Positions 7,113 through 15,441 of a stretch of 16,682 nt of DNA are shown piece by piece (within the stretch, counting starts at the first letter, position 1; the number at the start of each line of letters is the position of its first letter). The notes under the pieces were generated by a model that saw only the letters and a list, made by a program, of their open reading frames with translations, did not search any database and was not told the DNA's origin. The translations under genes were made by a program, and so were the position numbers. This DNA is from Candidatus Rokuibacteriota bacterium. GTDB lineage: Bacteria > Methylomirabilota > Methylomirabilia > Rokubacteriales > DASRDR01. Where the stretch lies: positions 1 through 16,682 of the forward strand of contig JBIOTN010000081.1 in NCBI GenBank assembly GCA_044866005.1, read 5' to 3'.

Positions 7113-8971
7113 CGGCGGCCGAGACGTCCCCCGAGCTCGAGCTGCTCCTCGACTACCTCAAGCGCACGCGCGGCTTCGACTTCACCGCCTACAAGCGCGC
7201 GAGCTTGACGCGCCGCATCCTGAAGCGGATGCAGACGCTGGGCATCCAGAAGTTCGCCGACTACACGGACTACCTGGAGCTCCACCCGGAGGAGTTCCCC
7301 CACCTCTTCAACACGATCCTGATCAACGTCACGGGATTCTTCCGGGACCGGGAGGCCTGGGAGTACGTGGCCGCCGAGATCGTCCCCCGGATGCTCGCGG
7401 ACAAGGCCCCGGACGATCGGATCCGCGTGTGGAGCGCCGGCTGTGCCTCCGGCGAGGAAGCCTACACGCTGACCATCCTCCTGGCCGAGCACCTCGGCCC
7501 TGAGCAGTTCCGGCGGCGGGTCAAGATCTACGCCACGGACGTGGACGAGGAGGCTCTGGCCCACGCACGGCTGGGCGTCTTCGCCCCGAGGGACGTGGAG
7601 GAGCTGCCGGCGCCGCACCTCGCCCGGTACTTCGAAGCCAAGAGCAACCAGTACGTCTTCCACCGGGAGCTCCGGCGGTCGGTCATCTTCGGGCGCCACG
7701 ATCTCGTCCAGAACGCGCCGATCTCCCGGGTCGACCTCCTCGTCTGCCGGAACACGCTCATGTACTTCAACCGGGAGACGCAGTTGCGGGTCCTCGGCCG
7801 CTTCCACTACGCGCTGAACGAAGGCGGCTTCCTCTTCCTCGGCAAGGCCGAGATGCTGCTCACGCACGCGAACCTCTTCGTCCCGGTGGAAGGCGACCGG
7901 CGCGTGTTCCGGAAGGTTCCGCAGCCAGACGCGCGGGCACGGCTCCTGCACGCGGCCGCGGCAAACCCCAAGGAGGCCGGCAAGATGATCGACGACCCGC
8001 GCCTGCGAGAGGCCGCCTTCGACATCGATCCGACCGCGGAGATCGTCCTCGACGCGACGGGCGTGGTCGTGTTGATCAACGACCGGGCTCGCGGCCTGTT
8101 CGGGCTCACGCCGGAGGACGTGGGACGCCCGCTCCGCGACCTCGCGATCTCCTATCGCCCCACCGACCTCCGCGTCGCGATCGACGAGGCGACCGCCGAC
8201 CGCCGTGCCATCACGCGGCGGGATCTGGCGTGGCCGGCCGCGTCGGGCGAGGCCCGGATCCTGGACATGCACGTCGTGCCGCTCTTCGGCGCGGACCGGA
8301 GCCTCCTGGGGACGAAGGTGACGTTCATCGACGTGACCCTCCACAAGCGGCTCCAGAAGGACCTGGAGGAATCCAAGCAGGCGCTGGAGCGGGCTTACGA
8401 GGACCTCCAGTCCTCCAATGAGGAGCTGGAGACGAGCAACGAGGAGCTCCAGTCCTCCAACGAGGAGCTGGAGACGACCAACGAGGAGCTCCAGTCCTCC
8501 AACGAGGAGCTGGAGACGATGAACGAGGAGCTCCAGTCCACCAACGAGGAGCTGGAGACGATCAACACCGAGCTGCGGGAGCGGACCGACGAGCTGAACG
8601 ACGCCAACTCGTTCCTCGGCTCGATCCTGTCCGGGCTTCGCGCGGGGGTCGCGGTGGTGGATCGGGACATGAAAGTCCTCGTCTGGAACGAGCGGGCCAC
8701 GGACCTCTGGGGCCTCCGGGAGGAAGAAGCTCAGGGCCACAACTTCCTGAACCTCGACATCGGCCTTCCCGTGGCCCACCTCCGGCAGCCCATCCGAGCC
8801 TGCCTGGCCGGGGAATCCCGCGTCCAGCAGCTCATCCTCGACGCGACCAACCGGCGGGGCCGGACCATCCGCTGCAGGATCACCTGCACCCCTCTCGACA
8901 CGGCGGGCGGCGGCGCCCACCGAGGCGTGATCCTCGTCATGGAACCACAGGACGAGACGGCCCCGGCATGA
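7109..8971 (+). CDS. cheR: CheR-type methyltransferase with PAS, coiled-coil and PAS domains
   Basis: Motifs GFDFTAYK, INVTGFFRD, RVWSAGCASGEEAYT, IYATDVD and CRNTLMYF; two PAS-like regions flank NEELQS/NEELET heptads; ATGA overlap with the cheB stop. Confidence 0.95.
   Translation: MTAAETSPELELLLDYLKRTRGFDFTAYKRASLTRRILKRMQTLGIQKFADYTDYLELHPEEFPHLFNTILINVTGFFRDREAWEYVAAEIVPRMLADKAPDDRIRVWSAGCASGEEAYTLTILLAEHLGPEQFRRRVKIYATDVDEEALAHARLGVFAPRDVEELPAPHLARYFEAKSNQYVFHRELRRSVIFGRHDLVQNAPISRVDLLVCRNTLMYFNRETQLRVLGRFHYALNEGGFLFLGKAEMLLTHANLFVPVEGDRRVFRKVPQPDARARLLHAAAANPKEAGKMIDDPRLREAAFDIDPTAEIVLDATGVVVLINDRARGLFGLTPEDVGRPLRDLAISYRPTDLRVAIDEATADRRAITRRDLAWPAASGEARILDMHVVPLFGADRSLLGTKVTFIDVTLHKRLQKDLEESKQALERAYEDLQSSNEELETSNEELQSSNEELETTNEELQSSNEELETMNEELQSTNEELETINTELRERTDELNDANSFLGSILSGLRAGVAVVDRDMKVLVWNERATDLWGLREEEAQGHNFLNLDIGLPVAHLRQPIRACLAGESRVQQLILDATNRRGRTIRCRITCTPLDTAGGGAHRGVILVMEPQDETAPA
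8399..8566 (+). repeat. Coding tandem repeat, 4 x 42 nt (8 heptads EELQSSN/EELETxN)
   Basis: Units start at 8399, 8441, 8483 and 8525; consensus GAGGAGCTCCAGTCCTCCAACGAGGAGCTGGAGACGAnnAAC. Confidence 0.95.
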
Positions 8972-9061
8972 ACCTCCCTCGACGATTCCGCGAGGGGAGC
9001 CTTCGCCGTCTGGCCTCGAGCGAGGCCGGCCGGCGACCGGGATAGCCCGGGCAGGAAACGC

Positions 9062-10816
9062 GTGGCCACCGAGCCGCAGCGCCGGGAGCCAGGGCCGCTG
9101 GGCGACCCCAAGGCGAGGATCGAGTTCCTGCTTCGCGCCAACGAGATCCTCCGGGCGTCGCTCGACCTCGACCGCACCCTCGGCGCGTTCACGGAGTTCG
9201 TCCTCCCCGCCCTCGGCGACTGGCTCGTGCTCGACGTTCTCGACGAGGCCGGGATGGTCGAGCGGGTGCTCGTCGGCCATGCCGACCCCGCGAAGCGGGA
9301 GCGCACGGCGAAGCTGCGCGGTCGGTACACCCGGGACGCCAGGGCCCCCTGGGGTCCCTTGCGCGTCTTGCGGACGGGGAGGATGCTCTTCTTCTCCGAC
9401 ATGCGCGATCCGCGCTTCCTCGCGACGACGGCCGAGCCCGACGAGCTCGCGCTAATCGAGGAGCTCGGCCTCCGCGCCGTCCTCTGCGTCCCCCTCTTCG
9501 CGGGCCCGACCCCCCTGGGCGCGTTGACCTGCGTGCGCGGGCCGTCCGCCGGGACCTTCCGCGCTACGGAGATGACCGCGGCGCGGATGCTGGCCCAGCG
9601 CGTGGCCGAGGCGGTCACCCTGGGCCGGCTCTACGACCGGGCTCAGGCGGCCAGCCGGGCCAAGGACCTGTTCATGGCCATGCTCGGCCACGAGCTCAGG
9701 AACCCGATCAGCGCCATCGCCAGCGCGGTCCGCGTCCTCGAGCAGATGGGCCGCGCGGACGACGCCGCCGCCGCGCGTGTCTGCGCCATCATCGCCCGCC
9801 AGACCCGGCACCTGGCGCGGCTCGTCGAGGACCTGCTCGACGTGGCGCGCCTCACGTCCGGCAAGGTCGTCCTGCGGAAGGCGCCGGTCGACCTGGCCCA
9901 GGTCGTGGAGCGGTGCATCGCCACGCTGCGGGTGACCGGCAAGGGCGCCCACCACAGCATCGCGCTCGACGCCGCGCCGACGACCGTCGAAGGGGACGCG
10001 GCGCGGCTCGAGCAGGTCCTCGCGAACCTCCTCGACAACGCCCTCAAGTACACGCCGCCCGGCGGCCTCATCGAGGTGACGGCCCGACCCGACGGCGACA
10101 CGGCACTCCTGAGGGTCCGGGACACCGGAGCGGGCATTCCGCGCGACGTGCTCCCGCATGTCTTCGACCTCTTCGCGCAGGCCGAGCAGCCGCTCGACCG
10201 CGAGCCGGGCGGGCTGGGGATCGGGCTCACCCTCGTCCGGCGCCTCGTCGAGCTGCACGGCGGAACGGTCGCGGCCAGGAGCCCCGGCCCCGGCGAGGGG
10301 ACCACGGTGGAGGTGCGCCTGCCGCTCGCCCCCGCCGGGGTCGGCACGCCGCGACCGCCCGGCGCGCCGGAGACGGTCGCGGCCCCGCCGCGCCACGTCC
10401 TGATCGTCGAGGACCACGCCGACGCGCGCGAGGCGCTCCGGGCGGTCCTCGAGAGCGACGGCCATCGGGTGGACGCGGCGGCGGACGCCCGGGAGGCGAT
10501 CGCCCTCGCGCGCCGCGCGCCGCCCGACGTCGCCCTGGTGGACATCGGGCTTCCCGGGATGAATGGCTACGACCTCGCCCGCGAGCTGCGGGAGACCGCG
10601 GGAGGCGGCGGGATCCTCCTCATCGCCTTGACGGGCTACGGCCAAGCCGAAGACCGGCGGAAGGCGCGCGAGGCCGGCTTCGACGCCCATCTCGTCAAGC
10701 CCGTGGAGCCGGCCGAGCTGAACCGCATCCTGGCCGGCGTGGCCCCCGCGGCGGGGCCGCGCCCGGGCCCTGCCGCGCCGCCGCCCGAGCCGCCGCGCCC
10801 GGGTCGGCGCGATTGA
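9062..10816 (+). CDS. Cytoplasmic hybrid sensor histidine kinase (GAF-HisKA-HATPase_c-REC)
   Basis: H-box MLGHELRNPI, then NLLDNALKYT, DTGAGI and GLGIGLTL; REC with VEDH, VDIGLPGMNG and HLVKP; CAGGA upstream of the GTG. Confidence 0.95.
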   Translation: MATEPQRREPGPLGDPKARIEFLLRANEILRASLDLDRTLGAFTEFVLPALGDWLVLDVLDEAGMVERVLVGHADPAKRERTAKLRGRYTRDARAPWGPLRVLRTGRMLFFSDMRDPRFLATTAEPDELALIEELGLRAVLCVPLFAGPTPLGALTCVRGPSAGTFRATEMTAARMLAQRVAEAVTLGRLYDRAQAASRAKDLFMAMLGHELRNPISAIASAVRVLEQMGRADDAAAARVCAIIARQTRHLARLVEDLLDVARLTSGKVVLRKAPVDLAQVVERCIATLRVTGKGAHHSIALDAAPTTVEGDAARLEQVLANLLDNALKYTPPGGLIEVTARPDGDTALLRVRDTGAGIPRDVLPHVFDLFAQAEQPLDREPGGLGIGLTLVRRLVELHGGTVAARSPGPGEGTTVEVRLPLAPAGVGTPRPPGAPETVAAPPRHVLIVEDHADAREALRAVLESDGHRVDAAADAREAIALARRAPPDVALVDIGLPGMNGYDLARELRETAGGGGILLIALTGYGQAEDRRKAREAGFDAHLVKPVEPAELNRILAGVAPAAGPRPGPAAPPPEPPRPGRRD

Positions 10817-10841
10817 CGGGCCGTCTCGCCTCTCGTACGCT
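10813..10841 (+). promoter_or_regulatory. Sigma70 promoter giving a probable leaderless transcript
   Basis: TTGACG (10813-10818), 17-nt spacer, TACGCT (10836-10841), 6 nt, then ATG 10848; no SD. Confidence 0.75.
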
Positions 10842-10847
10842 TAGTCT

Positions 10848-11555
10848 ATGCGGAGCTTCTGGGACGACATCGTGGTCGTCGAGACGGTCCGTGGCGTCGG
10901 AAGCCGCCTCGCGGCGCTGATCCCCAACGTGCTGGCCATGCTGACGCTGGTCGTCCTGGGCCTCCTGATCGGGGCCGTGGCCCGGGCCGGGGTCGTCCGG
11001 CTGCTGCGGGCCCTGCGGTTCAACGAGCGCGGCGAGCGCTGGGGCGTCCAGCAAGCGCTGGCCCGCGCCGCGATCTTCCGCGAGCCGGACCGCCTGGCGG
11101 GCTCCCTGATCTTCTGGGGGATCTTCCTCCTCTTCGCCATGATGGGGATCGACGCCCTCGCGCTGCCGGGGATGTACGGGGCGACCTCGATGGTCGTCCA
11201 GCTCATCCCGAACGTCCTCGCCGCGGTCCTGATGCTCGTGGTGGGCTGGCTCCTCGCGAACTTCCTCGCGCACGCGGTCCTGATCGGCTCGGTCAACGCG
11301 CGGATCGCGGAGGCGCGCCTGCTCGCCCGCGCCGTCCGCTGGGCGGTGCTCGCCTTCACGCTGGCGGCGGTGCTGACGCAGCTCGGGATCGGCCGGGAGA
11401 TGGTGATGATCGCCTTCGGGCTGACCTTCGGGGGCGTGGTGCTGGCGTTCGCGCTGGCCTTCGGCCTCGGCGCCCGCGACCTCGCGCGCGACGTCCTCCA
11501 GCGGCGGTTCCGCCAGCGCGAAGACTCGCGCGACGACGACCTCGCCCACCTCTAG
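10848..11555 (+). CDS. Membrane protein, MscS-associated conserved TM-helix (CmpX-like) family
   Basis: Two IPNVLA...G.L.....A..V repeats; about 5 hydrophobic helices; C-terminal LTQLGI and AFALAFGLGARDLARD; no cytoplasmic MscS cage. Confidence 0.8.
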   Translation: MRSFWDDIVVVETVRGVGSRLAALIPNVLAMLTLVVLGLLIGAVARAGVVRLLRALRFNERGERWGVQQALARAAIFREPDRLAGSLIFWGIFLLFAMMGIDALALPGMYGATSMVVQLIPNVLAAVLMLVVGWLLANFLAHAVLIGSVNARIAEARLLARAVRWAVLAFTLAAVLTQLGIGREMVMIAFGLTFGGVVLAFALAFGLGARDLARDVLQRRFRQREDSRDDDLAHL

Positions 11556-11557
11556 AG

Positions 11558-11639
11558 TTTCGGCGGGGGCCTCGACGGCCCTCTCCGATGCCTCCCCCAG
11601 GGAAATTGTGGCGGCAAAGGCCGCCGCTCGAAGCGGAAC
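11558..11639 (+). repeat. Dispersed palindromic repeat, copy B
   Basis: Hairpins TCGGCGGGGGCC-tcgac-GGCCCTCTCCGA (11560-11588), GGCGGC-aaag-GCCGCC (11610-11625) and CCGCT-cga-AGCGG; homologous to the reverse complement of 15567-15655. Confidence 0.85.
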
Positions 11640-11745
11640 GCTGTAGGGTGGCAGTGGTCCTGCGACGGCCCCCGGCCGCGGGCGGCCGGACCGGGGCGAG
11701 CCGGCGACAGGACCCACGGCGGGGAGCGCAGGCCGGCGCGACGGA

Positions 11746-12294
11746 TCAGTGAGACAAGTCGGACGTGGCGGGGGAGCCGGTCGCGGCCGCGGCCTCGCGG
11801 GCGACTTCCTGCCGCCGCACGCGAACCTCCTCCGAGGCGCGCCGCCAGAGTCCCCAGGCGTCCACGGAGGAGCCGTTCCGCCACGCGCAGCTCGTCAGCT
11901 TGCCGACCAGCTGCACCGGGTTCCCGACCAGCATCTCACGCCGGGCCGTCTTCACGCGGGTGCGAAGCTGCTCGTCACCGCTGGCCTTCGCCTCGCGCCA
12001 GGCCTCGTCGAGGTGCGCCGCGAACGTCACGCCCTCCTCCACGAGCCCGGCGAGGTACGCGTCCCACGCGGCGCGCGTCGAAAAGCGCGGGCAGGGCCCG
12101 TAGACGACGGGGGCGAGCGCCTCGCGAAGCGCCGCGGCGCGCGCGAGGTGGAACCCGAGGCGGGCGGCCGCGCCAGCGGGCCGGGCCGCAGGGATCGCGG
12201 TCGCGGCGGGCGCGGCGAGGCCGGCCGTCGCCCACGTGACGAGGGCGGCGGCGAGCGCCAGGAGCGCGGCCCCGCGACGCATGGGCTGCGGCAT
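11746..12294 (-). CDS. Hypothetical secreted protein (start uncertain: 12282, 12294 or 12306)
   Basis: Signal-peptide-like MRRGAALLALAAALVTWATAGLA; amphipathic helical body with two Cys; fills the gap between flanking genes; TATGGT -10-like motif at 12321-12326 on the minus strand. Confidence 0.7.
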   Translation of the reverse strand: MPQPMRRGAALLALAAALVTWATAGLAAPAATAIPAARPAGAAARLGFHLARAAALREALAPVVYGPCPRFSTRAAWDAYLAGLVEEGVTFAAHLDEAWREAKASGDEQLRTRVKTARREMLVGNPVQLVGKLTSCAWRNGSSVDAWGLWRRASEEVRVRRQEVAREAAAATGSPATSDLSH

Positions 12295-12449
12295 GGGCCC
12301 CACCATGGGCTCCACGATGTACCATAGACGGCGGCGGCCGGGCCGCCCTTCACCGGCAACGACCGTGAACCTCACCGGCTCTCCCTTCGCGTGCCTCGTG
12401 CTCCCATGGCGCGGGCGCCCGACCGGGCGCAGACGACCATGATGCCAGC

Positions 12450-13961
12450 GTGAAGCCCATCGCTCCATCCGGGAAAACCCGATTCGCGCGCGGCCGGACC
12501 CGCATCGAGCGCGACAGCCTGGGCGCGAAGCCCGTCCCGGCCGAGGCGCTCCACGGGATCTTCACCGAGCGCGCCCGCGAGACCTTCCAGCTCTCCGGCC
12601 TGCGCGCGCACCCGGCGTTCATCCGAGCGCTCGGGCTCGTCAAGCTCGCCGCCGCGCGGGCGAACCGGCGCCTCGGCGTCCTGCCCCCGCGGCTCGGCCG
12701 CGCGATCGAGCGGGCCGCGGCCCGCGTCGCCGCGAACGAGGTGGACGAGGCCTTCGTCCTCGACGTCTTCCAGGCGGGGGCCGGCACGCCCTCCCACATG
12801 AACGCCAACGAGGTGATCGCGAATCTCGCCAACGAGAGCCTCGGCGGCCGCCGCGGCCGCTACGCGCCGGTGCACCCCAACGACCACGTCAACCTCGGGC
12901 AGTCCTCGAACGACGTCACGCCCACGGCGGCCCGCCTCGCGGCCCTGGCCCTCGCCCAACGCCTCGCCGCGGAGACGCGGGCGCTCGAGCAGGCATGGCG
13001 GCGGCTCGCGCGCGCGCACAGGCTCACGGTGAAGCCCGGGCGCACGCATCTCCAGGACGCGGTCCCCATCACCTACCAGCAGGTCTTCGCCGGCTACGCG
13101 AGCGCGCTCGCCGCCGGACGCGCGCGGCTCGCGGCGGCGCGGGCCGAGCTGCGCGTGATCGGGCTCGGCGGCACCGCGGTCGGGACGGGCATCACCGCGC
13201 CCCCCGGCTTCCGGCGGCTCGTGGCGCGGGAGCTCGCCCGGCTCACCGGCGAGCCGCTCCGCCCGGCTCCGAGCGCGGTCACGCCGACCTGGAGCATGGC
13301 GGCCTTCCTGGCCGCGTCGGGCGCCGCCCGCGCGCTCGCCCTGGACGTGGCGAAGATCTGCCGCGACCTCCGGCTCCTGGCCTCCGGCCCTCACACGGGC
13401 CTCCGCGAGCTCGCGCTCCCCGCGGTCGAGCCGGGCTCCTCGATCATGCCGGGCAAGGTGAACCCGTCGGTCGCCGAGGCGGTGGAGATGGCCTGCTACC
13501 AGGTGTGCGGGCACGATGCGGCGATCGCCCACGGGGCGGTAGCGGGCGAGCTCGAGCTGAACGTCATGTCCCCGCTGATCGCCTTCAATCTCTGGTCCAG
13601 CCTGGATCTGCTGGGGCGCGCCGTCCGGCTGCTCCGCGAGGCCTGCGTGGCGCGACTCCGCGTGGACCGGGCGCGGGCCGCCGCCCTGGTCGAAGGGAGC
13701 CTCGTCCTCGCGACCGCGCTGTCGCCCTACCTCGGCTACGCCGTCGTGGCGGAGCTCGTGAAAGAGGCGCTCAGGAGCGCGCGGCCCCTCCGCGCCGTCG
13801 TGCGGGCGCACGACCTCGTCCCGGCGCCGCTCTTGGATCGCCTCCTCGACCCGCTCGCCGTCACCCGGCCCACGCCGCGGGAGGCGGCGGTGGCGGCGGC
13901 CATCCGGCGGCGGCCGGCCTACCGGGTCTACCGCGCCCGCGTCGGCCTCGGCCCGGACTAG
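12450..13961 (+). CDS. aspA: Aspartate ammonia-lyase-like member of the aspartase/class II fumarase family
   Basis: Motifs RIERDSLG, FQAGAGT (AspA-like rather than FumC QTGSGT), MNANEVIAN, HPNDHVNLGQSSND, GRTHLQDA and the signature GSSIMPGKVNP. Substrate specificity is not certain. Confidence 0.8.
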   Translation: MKPIAPSGKTRFARGRTRIERDSLGAKPVPAEALHGIFTERARETFQLSGLRAHPAFIRALGLVKLAAARANRRLGVLPPRLGRAIERAAARVAANEVDEAFVLDVFQAGAGTPSHMNANEVIANLANESLGGRRGRYAPVHPNDHVNLGQSSNDVTPTAARLAALALAQRLAAETRALEQAWRRLARAHRLTVKPGRTHLQDAVPITYQQVFAGYASALAAGRARLAAARAELRVIGLGGTAVGTGITAPPGFRRLVARELARLTGEPLRPAPSAVTPTWSMAAFLAASGAARALALDVAKICRDLRLLASGPHTGLRELALPAVEPGSSIMPGKVNPSVAEAVEMACYQVCGHDAAIAHGAVAGELELNVMSPLIAFNLWSSLDLLGRAVRLLREACVARLRVDRARAAALVEGSLVLATALSPYLGYAVVAELVKEALRSARPLRAVVRAHDLVPAPLLDRLLDPLAVTRPTPREAAVAAAIRRRPAYRVYRARVGLGPD

Positions 13962-13970
13962 GCGGAAACC

Positions 13971-14002
13971 CCGAGGGCGGCTCGCCGCCCCGGCTTTCTT
14001 TT
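13971..14002 (+). terminator. Rho-independent terminator after aspA
   Basis: Stem CCGaGGGCGG-ctcg-CCGCCCcCGG-type, followed by CTTTCTTTT. Confidence 0.7.
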
Positions 14003-14034
14003 CGCCCGCCGGTCCGCTAAGATTGGGGTGGCCC

Positions 14035-15441
14035 ATGCGCCGCGTCGTCGTTTGTCCGACCGACTTTCTCTTCCAGCTGATCCAGGGTCAGTGCTCCCCG
14101 AAGGACGGCGAGGCCCCCGTCTACATCGTGGCCGACCCGGCCGTCCGGGGCCGTCTGGCGCGGCGCGAGGTCCACACCCTGGCCGGCCCGCTGGACGATC
14201 CGGCCGTCTACCGGCGGGCGCACCTCGGCCCCACGGACCTCGTCCTCCTGGCGACGGGCGCCCATGCGCCCGAGCCGGTCCTGGAGGCGATCCTGGAGGC
14301 CGCTCCCGGTGTCCCGGTCCTGCTCATCCACCAGGGCCCCGAGCCGCCGGTCCTGGCCGGCTACCCGACGGTCACGACGCTCTTGCTGCCGCGGCTCTTC
14401 CGCCAGGTGCTCCGCCCCGAGATGGACCGGGCGTGCCTGCGCGTGCGCGCCGCGCGCATCCGGCAGCTCCTCGGCGAGCGGGAACGGGTCGGCATCCTGC
14501 TCCAGGACGATCCGGACCCGGACGCGCTCGCCAGCGGGCTGGCCCTGCGGGCGCTGATCGGGCGCACCAAAGCGTCGGTGCCGATCTGCACCTTCGGCCG
14601 CATCACCCGGCCGGAGAACGTGGCGATGGTCCAGGCGCTCGAGATGGAGGTCGAACAGGTGACCGCCGCCGACATCATGCGCTTCGACGTGCTCGCCATG
14701 GTGGACGCCCAGCCGAGCTTCTTCGAGGAGACGCTGCCGGAGGTGGCCGTCGTCATCGACCACCATCCCGAGACGAAGGGCTGGCGCGCGGCGTTCAAGG
14801 ACATCCGCCCGACCTACGGCGCGACGGCGACGATCCTGACCGAGTACCTGCGCGCCGCCGAGGTGAAGATCACCGAGCGGGTCGCCACGGCGCTCTTCTA
14901 CGGGATCAAGTCCGACACGCTCCATCTCGAGCGCGGCGGCATCCGGGCCGACATGGAAGCCTTCGCGTTCCTCTACGAGCTGGCGAACCACAACGCCCTG
15001 CGCCGCATCGAGCGGCCGGAGCTGCCGCTCGACGCCCTCGACGCGCTCGGCGACGCCCTCGTCCACCGGCAGATCATCCACAACACGCTCTTCGCCCACC
15101 TCGGTCCCGTGAGCCGCCCCGACCTGATCCCGCAGTTCGCCGACCTGTGCCTGCAGGTGGCCGGGATCGAGTGGTCCGTCGTGTCGGGGCTGACCGGGGA
15201 GGAGCTTCACGTGTCGGTCCGGAACGTCGGCTACGTGAGGGCCGCCGGCGACGTCGTCGCGGAGGCCTTCGGCGATGTCGGCTCCGCGGGCGGCCATCGC
15301 ACCGCCGCGAAGGCGGTGATCGCCCTGCGCGACTGGGCGGCGCAGGTCGGCCCCGTCGAGCCGGCGGCGATCCGCCGCGCCATCGCGACGCGCTTCCTGC
15401 GCGCGCTCGACGGTGCCGGCGCCGACCGCCGGCCGTCCTGA
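14035..15441 (+). CDS. DHH/DHHA1 phosphoesterase (NrnA-like) with degenerate N-terminal TrkA_N/RCK-like domain
   Basis: Motifs DPDPDALASG, MVD, IDHHP, YGATATIL, GIKSDT, SVR and AGGH. N-terminal GPLDDPAVYRRAHL..TDLVLLAT resembles TrkA_N. TAAGAT -10-like motif at 14018-14023. Confidence 0.9.
   Translation: MRRVVVCPTDFLFQLIQGQCSPKDGEAPVYIVADPAVRGRLARREVHTLAGPLDDPAVYRRAHLGPTDLVLLATGAHAPEPVLEAILEAAPGVPVLLIHQGPEPPVLAGYPTVTTLLLPRLFRQVLRPEMDRACLRVRAARIRQLLGERERVGILLQDDPDPDALASGLALRALIGRTKASVPICTFGRITRPENVAMVQALEMEVEQVTAADIMRFDVLAMVDAQPSFFEETLPEVAVVIDHHPETKGWRAAFKDIRPTYGATATILTEYLRAAEVKITERVATALFYGIKSDTLHLERGGIRADMEAFAFLYELANHNALRRIERPELPLDALDALGDALVHRQIIHNTLFAHLGPVSRPDLIPQFADLCLQVAGIEWSVVSGLTGEELHVSVRNVGYVRAAGDVVAEAFGDVGSAGGHRTAAKAVIALRDWAAQVGPVEPAAIRRAIATRFLRALDGAGADRRPS

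Noticed and set aside
8399..8566. Possible CRISPR array
   Set aside because: The repeats are contiguous, in frame and protein-coding, with no unique spacers and no cas genes.
6489..8971. Classical flagellar chemotaxis operon
   Set aside because: There are no cheA, cheW, MCP or flagellar genes, and the domain architectures are of the non-canonical type.
5528..9280. 1250-aa minus-strand ORF and other long antisense ORFs (774-2099, 1856-3184, 3024-4502, 9452-10690, 12372-14036, 14017-15297, 15527-16366)
   Set aside because: These are shadow frames of well-supported opposite-strand genes. High GC content depletes stop codons, and they show no recognisable motifs.
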